64,000 nt of DNA, from assembly GCA_046754225.1 (NCBI GenBank), contig JBHHVI010000001.1, positions 5,776 through 69,775 on the forward strand, in the 5' to 3' direction. A program made the translations under genes and the position numbers. Shown piece by piece: positions 51,438 to 60,882 of the stretch (position 1 is the first letter of the stretch; every line of letters starts with the position of its first letter). The stretch is from Thermodesulfobacteriota bacterium (GTDB taxonomy: Bacteria > Desulfobacterota > GWC2-55-46 > JADFVP01). The notes beneath the pieces were generated by a model that was not told where the DNA came from, searched no databases, and saw nothing but the letters and a program-made list of their open reading frames with translations.

Positions 51438-51899
51438 ATGGAAGTTAACGGAAAAAAGAGGACTTCTTTTTTAGGGATTCTCAACCTCGTCTTTACCGTC
51501 GCCGATTACGCCATACTTATAATCGTGGCGGTGGGAATCATCTACCTGGCGGCCCAGCTCCTCTTCGACGCTTTCTACGACGCCGTATTCTTATGGACCA
51601 GACATACCATACCGCACCTCTTAAGCGAACTGATGTTCACACTAATCATCATGGAGCTTTTCAGGCAGGTGCACAGGCAGATCAACAAACATAGATTCTC
51701 CCTCAATCCATTCCTCTATATCGGTTTCATAGCAAGCGTGCGGGGGCTTCTCCTTACCCAGATGGCGGTCACAATGGGCGACACGGAATGGTTTCAGGGG
51801 ATGATCCAGATAGCGATACACGCGGGGATACTGCTGGTCCTTGTTGTGTGCTACATACTGTACAACAAGACTTACACGAAAAGCGGCGATGAGATCTGA
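51438..51899 (+). CDS. psiE: PsiE-family (phosphate-starvation-inducible) membrane protein
   Basis: 153 aa with four transmembrane segments. The FLYIGFIASVRGLL motif resembles E. coli PsiE FVYIGITAIVRLII. Confidence 0.5.
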   Translation: MEVNGKKRTSFLGILNLVFTVADYAILIIVAVGIIYLAAQLLFDAFYDAVFLWTRHTIPHLLSELMFTLIIMELFRQVHRQINKHRFSLNPFLYIGFIASVRGLLLTQMAVTMGDTEWFQGMIQIAIHAGILLVLVVCYILYNKTYTKSGDEI

Positions 51900-51948
51900 G
51901 CCTTGAGCCCATTTTTCAACAGCACCTGGAGTTTTTCCTGTCAATGTT

Positions 51949-52296
51949 ATGTATAAAACCCTCAACCATTTCAGCGCCCCCTCTCTACGATACGGAAGGT
52001 CGAAGAGGATAGTAATCCACTGCGCGCTCTTCTCAGCCCTTGCCCTCATGACCGCCGGTTGTGAGACGAGAACCCTGCCTGAGGCCGACTCTCCTCCCGC
52101 CGTCCTTTACGCGGCAAAGTGCGGCCTGTGCCACCCGCCACGCCACCCTCAGGTACATACCTATACGGGGTGGAAAAAGGTCGTTTCCGTCATGGAGGAA
52201 AGGGCGGAGGACAAGGGCATAAAGCCCTTGTTAAGCAAGCAGGAAAAAACCGTCATACTCGACTATCTGAAAAAAAACGCAAGGAAGGGCTTTTAG
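51949..52296 (+). CDS. Small lipoprotein with a single CxxCH haem-c motif (putative monohaem cytochrome c)
   Basis: Signal peptide plus lipobox (ALMTAGC), and AAKCGLCH. Confidence 0.4.
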   Translation: MYKTLNHFSAPSLRYGRSKRIVIHCALFSALALMTAGCETRTLPEADSPPAVLYAAKCGLCHPPRHPQVHTYTGWKKVVSVMEERAEDKGIKPLLSKQEKTVILDYLKKNARKGF

Positions 52297-52398
52297 TCCG
52301 GCACAGGCTCAACCTGCGGAGTCGGCCGCGCATTAGAAAAAGGGGCGATGATAACCGGCGGGTGCTGTTATCGTCCTGTGTTTTATTATTCCTCACCC

Positions 52399-53202
52399 TT
52401 ACTCTACATCCTCGTCCCTGTCCTCTGTTTTCCCTTCGTCTGTGCCTTCACCTTCCTCTTCCACCGTCTCCTTCTTCTTTCCGAATACCTTCGCGACGAC
52501 GACCCCCAACGCGTAGAGCACAAGGAGGGGGCCGGCCATAAGGAGCTGGTTGAAGATGTCGGGCGTGGGTGTGAGGACCGCCGCGGCAGTGACTATTGCA
52601 AGGACGGCGTATCTCCACCACGACACCAACTGGCCCGCCGTAACCAACCCCATCCTCGCCAGTACGAGTATGGCCAGGGGGAGCTGATAAACTATGCCGA
52701 AGGCGAGAAGGAGCCTCGTGACGAGAGAGAAGTAACTGTTCATGGAGAGTATGGGCCTTAAGTCCTCGCTCGCGTAGCTTAAAAGGTATTTGAAGGCGAA
52801 GGGAAAGACTACGAAGAAGGCGAAGATGACGCCGGAGAGGAAAAGGAGAAGGGAAACGACAACCAGCGCTATGAACCAGCGCCTTTCGTTCCCGTAAAGC
52901 CCTGGGGCTACAAAGGCCCATGCCTCGTAAAGGATAACGGGGCTCGCGAGAACAACGGCGCCGAGGAAGCCTACCTTTATATACACGAAAAAAGGTTCCA
53001 CAACGCCGGTAAAGGCGATGAAATCGAAACCCTCGGGCATGGCGGGGATAAGGGGGCCGGTCAAGAGATGGTACAATTTGTCTGAAAAGGCGTAGGATAT
53101 GATAAAACCCGCGGCAAGGGCCGCTATGGAGATGATTATCCTTTTTCTCAGCTCCCTTAAGTGCGCGGTCAAACTCGCGGTTGTCGCCCGGTCTTCGGCC
53201 AT
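52399..53202 (-). CDS. tatC: Twin-arginine translocase subunit TatC
   Basis: 267 aa with 6 transmembrane segments, and an acidic C-terminal tail. Confidence 0.9.
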   Translation of the reverse strand: MAEDRATTASLTAHLRELRKRIIISIAALAAGFIISYAFSDKLYHLLTGPLIPAMPEGFDFIAFTGVVEPFFVYIKVGFLGAVVLASPVILYEAWAFVAPGLYGNERRWFIALVVVSLLLFLSGVIFAFFVVFPFAFKYLLSYASEDLRPILSMNSYFSLVTRLLLAFGIVYQLPLAILVLARMGLVTAGQLVSWWRYAVLAIVTAAAVLTPTPDIFNQLLMAGPLLVLYALGVVVAKVFGKKKETVEEEGEGTDEGKTEDRDEDVE

Positions 53203-53204
53203 AA

Positions 53205-53543
53205 TCAGTCCGCCGGCCCGGCCTTACGGCCCTTTGCGGTTTTTGTTTTTTTTGTAGCGCCGCCCTTCGCCTTCCTCGCACGTCTTTTAGGCGCGGCGGC
53301 TTCTTTTTCAAGCGGCCCCGTTGACGGGACTTCGGTTTCAGGCTCACTCGCCGGGGGCCCGCTTCCGGCGAGGTCTATGCCGCTTACCGTCCTCTTTATG
53401 TCGTGCGTCGTCCTCTTGAATTCGTTAAAGGCCTTTGCGAGAGTCCTCGCCACCTCGGGTAGCTTATCGGGCCCGATTACAAGGAGCGCCACCACGAGGA
53501 CGACAAGGAGTTCTGCGAATCCGATACCGAACATTGGGGACAC
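53205..53543 (-). CDS. tatA: Twin-arginine translocase TatA/TatB-family protein
   Basis: MFGIGFAELLVVLVVALLVIGPDKLPE..., 112 aa with a Lys-rich tail. Confidence 0.8.
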   Translation of the reverse strand: MSPMFGIGFAELLVVLVVALLVIGPDKLPEVARTLAKAFNEFKRTTHDIKRTVSGIDLAGSGPPASEPETEVPSTGPLEKEAAAPKRRARKAKGGATKKTKTAKGRKAGPAD

Positions 53544-53561
53544 CTTTTCTGTTTAACTGGA

Positions 53562-54029
53562 TTAACTCGAAGGAGGGATTACGAGAACCGGCACAGTCGA
53601 TTTCTTCAAAACCTTCTCGGCGGTGGAGCCGAAGAAGAGCCTGTCAACGCCCCCTCTCGCGCCCGACCCCATGACTATTACGTCGATATCCTTTTCATCC
53701 GCCACCTTTAAGATTTCTTTATGGGGCTCCCCTGAAAGGATTATACTCTCAAACTCCATGAACCCACGAAAAACCCTGGCGCAATATTTTCTGAGCAACT
53801 TCGCCTCGGCGGACTCTCCTTCCTTATCGAGTTTTTCGTAAGACATGTGGGGGACGTAAAAACCGGATGGCTCAAGAGAGATATCCACCACGTGGAGGAC
53901 AAAGAGCTTTGCACCGTACGCTCCGGCGAGACTCAGGGCGCATGCGGCCGCCCCCTCAGATCCTTCGGAACAATCGGTGGGGAAAAGTATATTCTTAAAG
54001 ACCAATGCATCCTTGTCATGCGTTGCCAT
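53562..54029 (-). CDS. Universal stress protein (single UspA domain)
   Basis: ILFPTDCSEGSEGA...VLVIPPSS. Confidence 0.75.
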   Translation of the reverse strand: MATHDKDALVFKNILFPTDCSEGSEGAAACALSLAGAYGAKLFVLHVVDISLEPSGFYVPHMSYEKLDKEGESAEAKLLRKYCARVFRGFMEFESIILSGEPHKEILKVADEKDIDVIVMGSGARGGVDRLFFGSTAEKVLKKSTVPVLVIPPSS

Positions 54030-54268
54030 GGCGTCTCCTTATAAAAAATCGGAATGATTCTTATATTAGTATAATAAAAGACCATTTTTCAATAACTTTA
54101 TATTTTTTTTAAATTCAGGGAAAAGGGGTTGACCTTTTCCCTGAATGGTGATAGAGTCCGTGACGAAATCAACCTTTGCTGAAGATTGTTTTCGATACGC
54201 ATACCCGCTTCTTGAAACGGCCGGAGGAAATGACCGCTACTGCTCTTCTGAATCTTCTGCGTCATAAA

Positions 54269-55324
54269 ATGAGGTTTAAGGTAATTTTTTTTATCCTGAC
54301 CTCCATGCTCCTGCTATTCCCTGAAATACACGCAGGCGGACTTTCTGAAAACCAAGAACCCGCCGCGGCTCCAGCAAATTTTCCCGAAGGAAATTTAAAA
54401 GACAAAGATTCCGCCGCAATTGCCCCCTCCGCATATACTCCCCCCGCCAAACCGGCCGTCTACAGGGATGACCCCTACAAACAGGTCCCGCGGGACGTTA
54501 CAAGGGGTGACAGGTACGGCACCATGATATCAGTCACCTTCGACGGAGGTATAAACGGCAAAGAGGCCGGAGAGATACTCGACATCCTTAAAAAGAGGAG
54601 AATCAAAACCACCATCTTCTTAAGCGGCATCTTTATCAGAAGATACCCTGAGATTACAAGGAGGATAGTAGCGGAAGGTCACGAGGTGGGCAACCACACC
54701 ATGTGGCATCCCCACCTTACCTCTTATGAAAAGACATTTCGTCAGACCACGCTCCCCGGCGTTACAAGGGAATTTCTAACAAAACAGTTAAAACGCGCGG
54801 AACTCCTTTTCCAACAGGTTACTGGCACCGAAATGGCCCCCATCTGGAGGGCGCCCTACGGCGAGGTAAACAGGCAGCTCCGTGCCTGGGCCTTCGAAAT
54901 AGGTTATCTCCATGTGGGCTGGACAATGAACCATAAGGAAAGAACGAGCCTCGACACCCTTGACTGGGTCTCGGATAAATCATCGAGGTTTTATCTCACC
55001 CCTCGTGAGATCGAAGAAAAGATACTTTCCTTCGATAAAAACGGCGGGTTTCTCGGAGGCGGTATCGTACTCATGCATCTGGGTACGGAAAGGGAATCCG
55101 ACAGGGCTGCGACGGTCCTCGGAGAGATGCTCGACAACCTTATAGCGAGAGGTTTCACCCCTGTAAAGGTCTCTGATATTATCGAAAACAAGGGGGCGCT
55201 GAAGGCCGCCCAGTTTAACAAGGACCGGTTTTTCCAGACCAGAAGGCTGGCAATGGCGTCAGAGCCTGACAAGGCGCCGGAGCGCAGCCCGGCAGGGACG
55301 CCGACCGCTCATCCTTTAGATTGA
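54269..55324 (+). CDS. Secreted polysaccharide deacetylase (NodB homology domain)
   Basis: Signal peptide MRFKVIFFILTSMLLLFPEIHAG; NodB motifs TFDGG..., HEVGNHTMWHP. The six-frame ORF begins earlier at a TTG (54176), and another candidate ATG lies at 54230. Confidence 0.65.
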   Translation: MRFKVIFFILTSMLLLFPEIHAGGLSENQEPAAAPANFPEGNLKDKDSAAIAPSAYTPPAKPAVYRDDPYKQVPRDVTRGDRYGTMISVTFDGGINGKEAGEILDILKKRRIKTTIFLSGIFIRRYPEITRRIVAEGHEVGNHTMWHPHLTSYEKTFRQTTLPGVTREFLTKQLKRAELLFQQVTGTEMAPIWRAPYGEVNRQLRAWAFEIGYLHVGWTMNHKERTSLDTLDWVSDKSSRFYLTPREIEEKILSFDKNGGFLGGGIVLMHLGTERESDRAATVLGEMLDNLIARGFTPVKVSDIIENKGALKAAQFNKDRFFQTRRLAMASEPDKAPERSPAGTPTAHPLD

Positions 55325-55505
55325 ACGCCGCCGGTTTCTCCCGCTTTTTTCTCAAAACCCTCTCTTAAAGTTGCTCATCCTTGAGTTCAGCCCGCATATT
55401 ATTTATTGCTCTTTTTTATCCCAATCCCATGGCCCGCCGTGATAAAATCCATAGCGGGATAAGTAACCGTGCCTGAAAAGTTTGAAACCTCACGGGGCTG
55501 GAAAA

Positions 55506-56297
55506 ATGAATCCAAAAAAATTTTTTTTGTCGGCCGCCGCCGCCGCGGCGCTCGTCGTTACATCCCCATTACTGTCAGACTGCGTGCCGGCTGAACCGGC
55601 GGCGCTGTCTCGTGAAAGGGCGGCGAAGATACTCAAAGTGGTTGATGACCTGTGGCGTGGGGTCTCGTCACACGGGATAATTTCCATGAAGATACAGACG
55701 CGCCATTACACGAGGAATATGCGCTTGGAGGCGTGGTCCAAGGGCAAGGCCCTCACCTTTGTAAGGATTATCGCGCCCCTTAAAGAGAAGGGAACCGCCA
55801 CGCTCAAGTCAGGCGGCGACGTCTACACCTACCTGCCCAAGACGGACCGCACCATAAAGATAACATCGGGAATGATGATGAGTTCATGGATGGGAAGCCA
55901 TTTTACGAACGACGACCTCGTAAAAGAATCCCGCTTAAGCGATGATTACGACGCCGAAGTATCCTTTGAGGGGAGTAAAAATGGCACCGGTGTTATTGAG
56001 CTTACGCTCAGACCGAAGGAAGAGTCGGCCGTCGTATGGGGGGCGATAAAGATAACTGTGAGAAGGAAAGACTATATACCCGTTGTGGGCGTTTACTATG
56101 ATGAGGACCTTAACCCCGTGAGAACGATGGAATTCGCCGTAATCAGGAAGATGGGTGGGCGCCTTATCCCAACGCTCCTGCGCTTAACGCCCAGAGACAA
56201 ACCGGAAGAGTTTACGGAACTCATATATGAGAAGATGGCCTTTGATATCAGCATACCGGACTCGTTCTTCACCATCTCGAGGATCAGAAGGAAATGA
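55506..56297 (+). CDS. LolA-like outer-membrane lipoprotein-sorting family protein (periplasmic)
   Basis: Signal peptide MNPKKFFLSAAAAAALVV, about 260 aa. It is adjacent to FtsX-type permease genes. The six-frame ORF starts at a TTG at 55482. Confidence 0.55.
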   Translation: MNPKKFFLSAAAAAALVVTSPLLSDCVPAEPAALSRERAAKILKVVDDLWRGVSSHGIISMKIQTRHYTRNMRLEAWSKGKALTFVRIIAPLKEKGTATLKSGGDVYTYLPKTDRTIKITSGMMMSSWMGSHFTNDDLVKESRLSDDYDAEVSFEGSKNGTGVIELTLRPKEESAVVWGAIKITVRRKDYIPVVGVYYDEDLNPVRTMEFAVIRKMGGRLIPTLLRLTPRDKPEEFTELIYEKMAFDISIPDSFFTISRIRRK

Positions 56298-56334
56298 TCT
56301 TTCAACCCTCAAGGCGGCTTAAAATTCAGAAACC

Positions 56335-57552
56335 ATGATCCTGTCCATAGCGCTCCGTAACCTGGGAAGAAACAGACCAAGGACCGTCGTGACGACCCTT
56401 GCCACGGCCTTTGCCGGCCTTGTCATGATCTTTTACGTATCCCTCATGAACGGGATGTTCTCCATGCTTGAAAAGAACATCGTCTCCATGGACCTGGGCG
56501 ACATCCAGATACACTCCCCGGGATACCTTGACGACCCGGACCTTTATAGCAGGATTAAGGACTATGAGGGGCTCATGAGGAGACTCGAAAAAAAAGGGTT
56601 TTACGCCTCGCCGCGTCTTTACGCCTACGCGCTGGGAGCGACGGGTGCGGCGTCCTCAGGCGTCGAGTTACGGGGCGTTGAGCCCGCGAGGGAGAAAAAG
56701 GTAACAGAGCTTGACAGGCATATCTCCCGGGGGGCCTGGCTTGACGCGAAAGACCCGGGCGGTGTGGTCATAGGGGGGAAACTCTCAGGCGTTCTCGATA
56801 TCGGGCCGGGTGGTGAAATAGTGGTGGTGGGCCGGGCCACTGACGGCTCCACCGCGAACGAGGTCTACCATGTGCGCGGCGTCCTGAAGGCCGTGGGCCA
56901 CGCCATGGACAGCTCCGCGCTCTTTATGACGGCCGGGGCCTTCAGGTCTCTTATGGTTATGCCGTCGGGCGCGCACGAGATAGCCCTCGCAAGGTCTTCC
57001 AGGGATACGGGCCTCCATGAGGCCACTCTTGAAGCGAGCTCCGTTGCACGAGGCCTTGAAGTAAAAAACTGGCGGGAGCTAAAACCCCTTGTGGCGAGGT
57101 TATTCGACGTAAGCGTATACTCCATGTATTTCATGTATATCGTCACCTATGCCGCCATCGGCATAGTCATCTCCAACGCCACCCTCATGAGCGTATTCGA
57201 GAGGATACACGAGCTGGGACTTTTGAAGGCCCTCGGCGTGGGCCCCGCCCCGGTAGCCGCCATGGTATTCATAGAGATAATTGTCCAGACGGCTATCGCC
57301 GGTCTTCTGGCCGTGGCCGCAGGGCTTCCGCTCTCGCTCTACTTCGAGGCCCACGGCATAAACCTCACGCGCCTCGTCGGCGCGGGCTCGCTTTACGGGG
57401 TGGCCATCGACCCGGTATGGTACTGCAACGTGACCGTACGGTCAGTGGCCGAGCCCATAGTCTTTCTATTCGCCATGGTAATTTTAGGCGTCATCTACCC
57501 GGTACTGAAGGCGGCCTTCATGACGCCTTTGGACGCCCTTTATTACAGATAA
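56335..57552 (+). CDS. ABC transporter permease, FtsX/MacB/LolCE type (1 TM, large periplasmic domain, 3 TM)
   Basis: Topology and the C-terminal FtsX region were read from the sequence. Confidence 0.8.
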   Translation: MILSIALRNLGRNRPRTVVTTLATAFAGLVMIFYVSLMNGMFSMLEKNIVSMDLGDIQIHSPGYLDDPDLYSRIKDYEGLMRRLEKKGFYASPRLYAYALGATGAASSGVELRGVEPAREKKVTELDRHISRGAWLDAKDPGGVVIGGKLSGVLDIGPGGEIVVVGRATDGSTANEVYHVRGVLKAVGHAMDSSALFMTAGAFRSLMVMPSGAHEIALARSSRDTGLHEATLEASSVARGLEVKNWRELKPLVARLFDVSVYSMYFMYIVTYAAIGIVISNATLMSVFERIHELGLLKALGVGPAPVAAMVFIEIIVQTAIAGLLAVAAGLPLSLYFEAHGINLTRLVGAGSLYGVAIDPVWYCNVTVRSVAEPIVFLFAMVILGVIYPVLKAAFMTPLDALYYR

Positions 57553-57591
57553 TTTTTTTCTTCATGAGCGCGGCGTAAAATACGCCGCAAA

Positions 57592-58836
57592 ATGGATAAC
57601 GAGGTCTCGGGTGTGCTTATAAAGATGTCCTGGAGAAATATCTGGAGGAATAAAAGGCGGACGCTAATCACCGCCGCCTCCGTCGCCATGGGAATATTTC
57701 TCTCCGTTACCTTTACCGCCACGGGGGATTTTTCTTACACGAACATAATAAACACCGGTGCCCTTATGGGCTCCGGCCACGTTACCATAGAGGCTAAAGG
57801 GTACAACAAAAACCCTTCCCTCGATAAAAGGATCGACGACGGTGAGCGTATAAGGTCCATCGCCTTAAAGACCCCCGGCGTCAAGGAGGCCGTGGTGAGG
57901 ATCTCGGGCCGGGCCGTCTTCTCAACCGCCGTGAAGACGGTGGGCGGTCTTTTTATAGCCATAGACCCGAAGAGGGAAACCGGCGAAACTAACTTCTTCC
58001 TCAAGGCGATAAAAGAGGGCGAGGTGTTCAGGGATAAAAAAGGACGCTACGCCGTAATAGGGGCCGGGATGGCTAAAAAGCTGAAGCTCCGTCCGGGCAA
58101 AAAACTGATATACACCGTATCGGACTTGAGCGGCGATATAGTTGCCGACGCGGTAAGGGTCACGGGCATATTCAGAACAGGCGTCGAGGATGTGGACTCG
58201 GGTGTTGTGCTCCTTCCTCTGGACAGAATGGGAAGGACCCTCGGCTACGCCCCCGGCGAGGCCACGGGAGTCGCCGTATTTATACTCGACCAGAGACGCG
58301 CCGACGAAGTGCGTGAGAGGCTTGCCGGAAAGGTCGGCGGCGGCGTTGAAGTGCTTACATGGAAGAAGACGCGCTCGGAGATGGCCGGAGTTGTGGCCAT
58401 GGACAGAGGCATTAATTATATCTTCCAGTTCCTTATAGGGCTCATAATCGCCGCCGGAATATTGAATACCATACTCATGGGCGTGCTTGAGAGAAAAAGG
58501 GAGTTCGGTATAATGGTCGCGCTTGGCTTTTCGCCGGCGAGGCTCATCTCGCTCGTCCTCCTTGAGTCTTTCTGGATAGCCCTCGCGGGTCTCATCGCAG
58601 GAATAATCATCACGGCCCCGTGGTACGCTTATATGAGCGCGCACGGGATAAACTTCAGCGGCATCGAGGGCGCAAGCGCGGGCATGGTCCCCATTGAGCC
58701 GGTTATAAAATTCAAACTCTACAGAACGAGCGCCATGGCCATAATTTCGGCCATATTCACGCTTACGCTCGCCTCGGGGCTCTACCCGGCCTTCAAGGCC
58801 TCGCGCACCAACCCCGTTGAGAGCATCAAGTACTGA
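57592..58836 (+). CDS. ABC transporter permease, FtsX/MacB/LolCE type (second copy)
   Basis: It has the same architecture as the preceding gene. Confidence 0.8.
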   Translation: MDNEVSGVLIKMSWRNIWRNKRRTLITAASVAMGIFLSVTFTATGDFSYTNIINTGALMGSGHVTIEAKGYNKNPSLDKRIDDGERIRSIALKTPGVKEAVVRISGRAVFSTAVKTVGGLFIAIDPKRETGETNFFLKAIKEGEVFRDKKGRYAVIGAGMAKKLKLRPGKKLIYTVSDLSGDIVADAVRVTGIFRTGVEDVDSGVVLLPLDRMGRTLGYAPGEATGVAVFILDQRRADEVRERLAGKVGGGVEVLTWKKTRSEMAGVVAMDRGINYIFQFLIGLIIAAGILNTILMGVLERKREFGIMVALGFSPARLISLVLLESFWIALAGLIAGIIITAPWYAYMSAHGINFSGIEGASAGMVPIEPVIKFKLYRTSAMAIISAIFTLTLASGLYPAFKASRTNPVESIKY

Positions 58837-58864
58837 GAGGGCCGTTAATAGGGCGGTTTTATTT

Positions 58865-59560
58865 ATGAGCGACAAAAAAACAGTCATAATGAAAGAAGTC
58901 ACTAAGGTGTACGGAAGCGGCCCTTCCGCCGTTATTGCCGTGGACAACGTCACCCTCGACATAAGGGCGGGAGAGTTCACCGCCCTCTCGGGCCCGTCCG
59001 GTTCAGGAAAGACCACCATCATGAACCTTATCGGGGCCCTCGACTCCCCTACGGCGGGAAAAATTTTTGTGGAGGATAAACTCCTCTCAGCTCTCACGAG
59101 AACGGAGCAGTCGAGGCTCAGAAGAGACCGTATCGGCTTCGTATTCCAGGCCTATAACCTTATCCCAGTTTTCACCGCCTTTGAGAACGCGGACTTCGTA
59201 TTGGCCTTAAAGGGCGTCTGCCTTGACGAAAGGAGAAGGACCATAAAAAAAATCTTCAGGGAGGTGGGAATCGAGGGGCTTGAAGACCGGCGGCCCGATG
59301 AGCTTTCAGGGGGCCAGCAACAGAGGGTGGCCATAGCCCGCGCCATTGCCTCTGAGCCGGCCATCGTGCTCGCCGACGAGCCAACGGCCAACGTGGACTC
59401 GGCTGCCGCCGACTCCATACTCGACTGCATGGAAAGGCTTAACCGGGTGGGGGGCGTTACCTTTCTCTTCTCCACCCACGACCCCCGCGTACTGGAGCGC
59501 GCGAGACGGATCATAAATTTGAGGGACGGCCGTGTTGAAAGCGACGAGGCCACGAGTTGA
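58865..59560 (+). CDS. ABC transporter ATP-binding protein (LolD/MacB-like)
   Basis: Walker A GPSGSGKTT, signature [14 protein letters not shown], Walker B LADEP. Confidence 0.85.
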   Translation: MSDKKTVIMKEVTKVYGSGPSAVIAVDNVTLDIRAGEFTALSGPSGSGKTTIMNLIGALDSPTAGKIFVEDKLLSALTRTEQSRLRRDRIGFVFQAYNLIPVFTAFENADFVLALKGVCLDERRRTIKKIFREVGIEGLEDRRPDELSGGQQQRVAIARAIASEPAIVLADEPTANVDSAAADSILDCMERLNRVGGVTFLFSTHDPRVLERARRIINLRDGRVESDEATS

Positions 59561-60828
59561 ACACCTTTATCAGTACCGGCAAATTTTTTCTGCTCGCCGC
59601 CGTGCTTCTCGCGCTTTGGCCCCAGGAGGCCCCGGCCTTCTACGAATTCACGTCGGCTGAAAACTCCTATGAGTTGAAGGGGACGGTGCGCGCCATAGGG
59701 GGGATTAACTTCAACCCCGATAACAGGGATTTTTACGACAGGGAGCTGAGCGCGTCGGGAGGCCTTGTGGCGAGGATTCTCCTTGACGTCAGGGCCGGCG
59801 AGAGCGCCGCCTTTGAATTTAACGCCTACGAGTTCATATATTATTCCGGTATAGGCGCGGCGGGTTCAACGGATTTTCTCGGCGTAACTCCGGGAGGAGC
59901 AAACCGCTCTTCAGCCCTTTCATGGGTCAGCGGGAGGAGTGCGCGCACTCACGGTATCTTCGCCGTAGACAGGCTGAACATTCGATTGAACCTCGACCCC
60001 GTAGACATAACCCTGGGCCGCCAGGCCATAAACCTCTCCACGGCCCTGTATTTCACGCCCAACGACTTTTTCGCCCCCTTCAGCGCCCAGAGTTTTTTTA
60101 GAATCTATAAACCCGGCGTGGACGCCCTAAGGGCCGCAGCCGGCCTCGGCCCCTTGAGCGAGGTCTCCCTCATAGGCGTACTTGGCTACGATCCGTCAAG
60201 GGGGAGTTCCAACGGATGGAGCTCTGAGCCGTCTCTTAAAGACACCTCTCTTCTCTTGAGGCTTACGACCACGGCGGGTAACCTTGGCTGGGGAATAATA
60301 ACAGGAACGGTGACGGACAAAAGAATCCTCGGGGGCTCTCTTCAGGGCGAGGTCTTAAAGGGGGTGGACCTGAGGGCCGAGGGGCACTACGCAGTGCCAG
60401 AGGACAACTCCCTTGACGCGTTCACTGAATTGACCATAGGCATAGCCCACAACTTCCCCAATGACTTCGATGTAAAAGGCGAGTTCTTTTACCACGGCGC
60501 CGGTATCGGGGACAGGGACAATTACGGGAGCGCCCTCTTCAGCGCTGCCTCAACACTACCGTACCTCGCGAGGCGCTATCTCGCCCTCGGCGCCGGCTAT
60601 AAGGTAAACCCCCTGCTGAGACTCGACGGCGTGGCTATAACAAATCTCGTCGACTGGTCCACTCTTGCCGCCGTGAACGCCCTTTATTCCCTCTCCGACG
60701 AAACCGAGTTTTCTTTCAGCCTTATTATCCCCGCCGGACGCGGCACCTCCACGGGCTCTTCGAAGATAGAATCCGAGTTCGGCCTCTACCCGGTATCAGG
60801 CGTCCTTGAGTTCAGGGCATATTTTTAG
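59557..60828 (+). CDS. Outer-membrane beta-barrel protein of unknown family
   Basis: TTG start overlapping the ATPase stop. It has a signal peptide, alternating beta-strand pattern and a C-terminal ...EFRAYF (aromatic terminal residue). Confidence 0.5.
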   Translation: MNTFISTGKFFLLAAVLLALWPQEAPAFYEFTSAENSYELKGTVRAIGGINFNPDNRDFYDRELSASGGLVARILLDVRAGESAAFEFNAYEFIYYSGIGAAGSTDFLGVTPGGANRSSALSWVSGRSARTHGIFAVDRLNIRLNLDPVDITLGRQAINLSTALYFTPNDFFAPFSAQSFFRIYKPGVDALRAAAGLGPLSEVSLIGVLGYDPSRGSSNGWSSEPSLKDTSLLLRLTTTAGNLGWGIITGTVTDKRILGGSLQGEVLKGVDLRAEGHYAVPEDNSLDAFTELTIGIAHNFPNDFDVKGEFFYHGAGIGDRDNYGSALFSAASTLPYLARRYLALGAGYKVNPLLRLDGVAITNLVDWSTLAAVNALYSLSDETEFSFSLIIPAGRGTSTGSSKIESEFGLYPVSGVLEFRAYF

Positions 60829-60882
60829 CGTGGAGCTTGATCAATCTAATTTACCGCCACCGGCGAAGAATGCATGAAAATC

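Noticed and set aside
52448-53347. A 299-aa Arg-rich ORF overlapping tatC/tatA in another frame
   Set aside because: It is an alternative-frame artefact across two strongly supported Tat genes.
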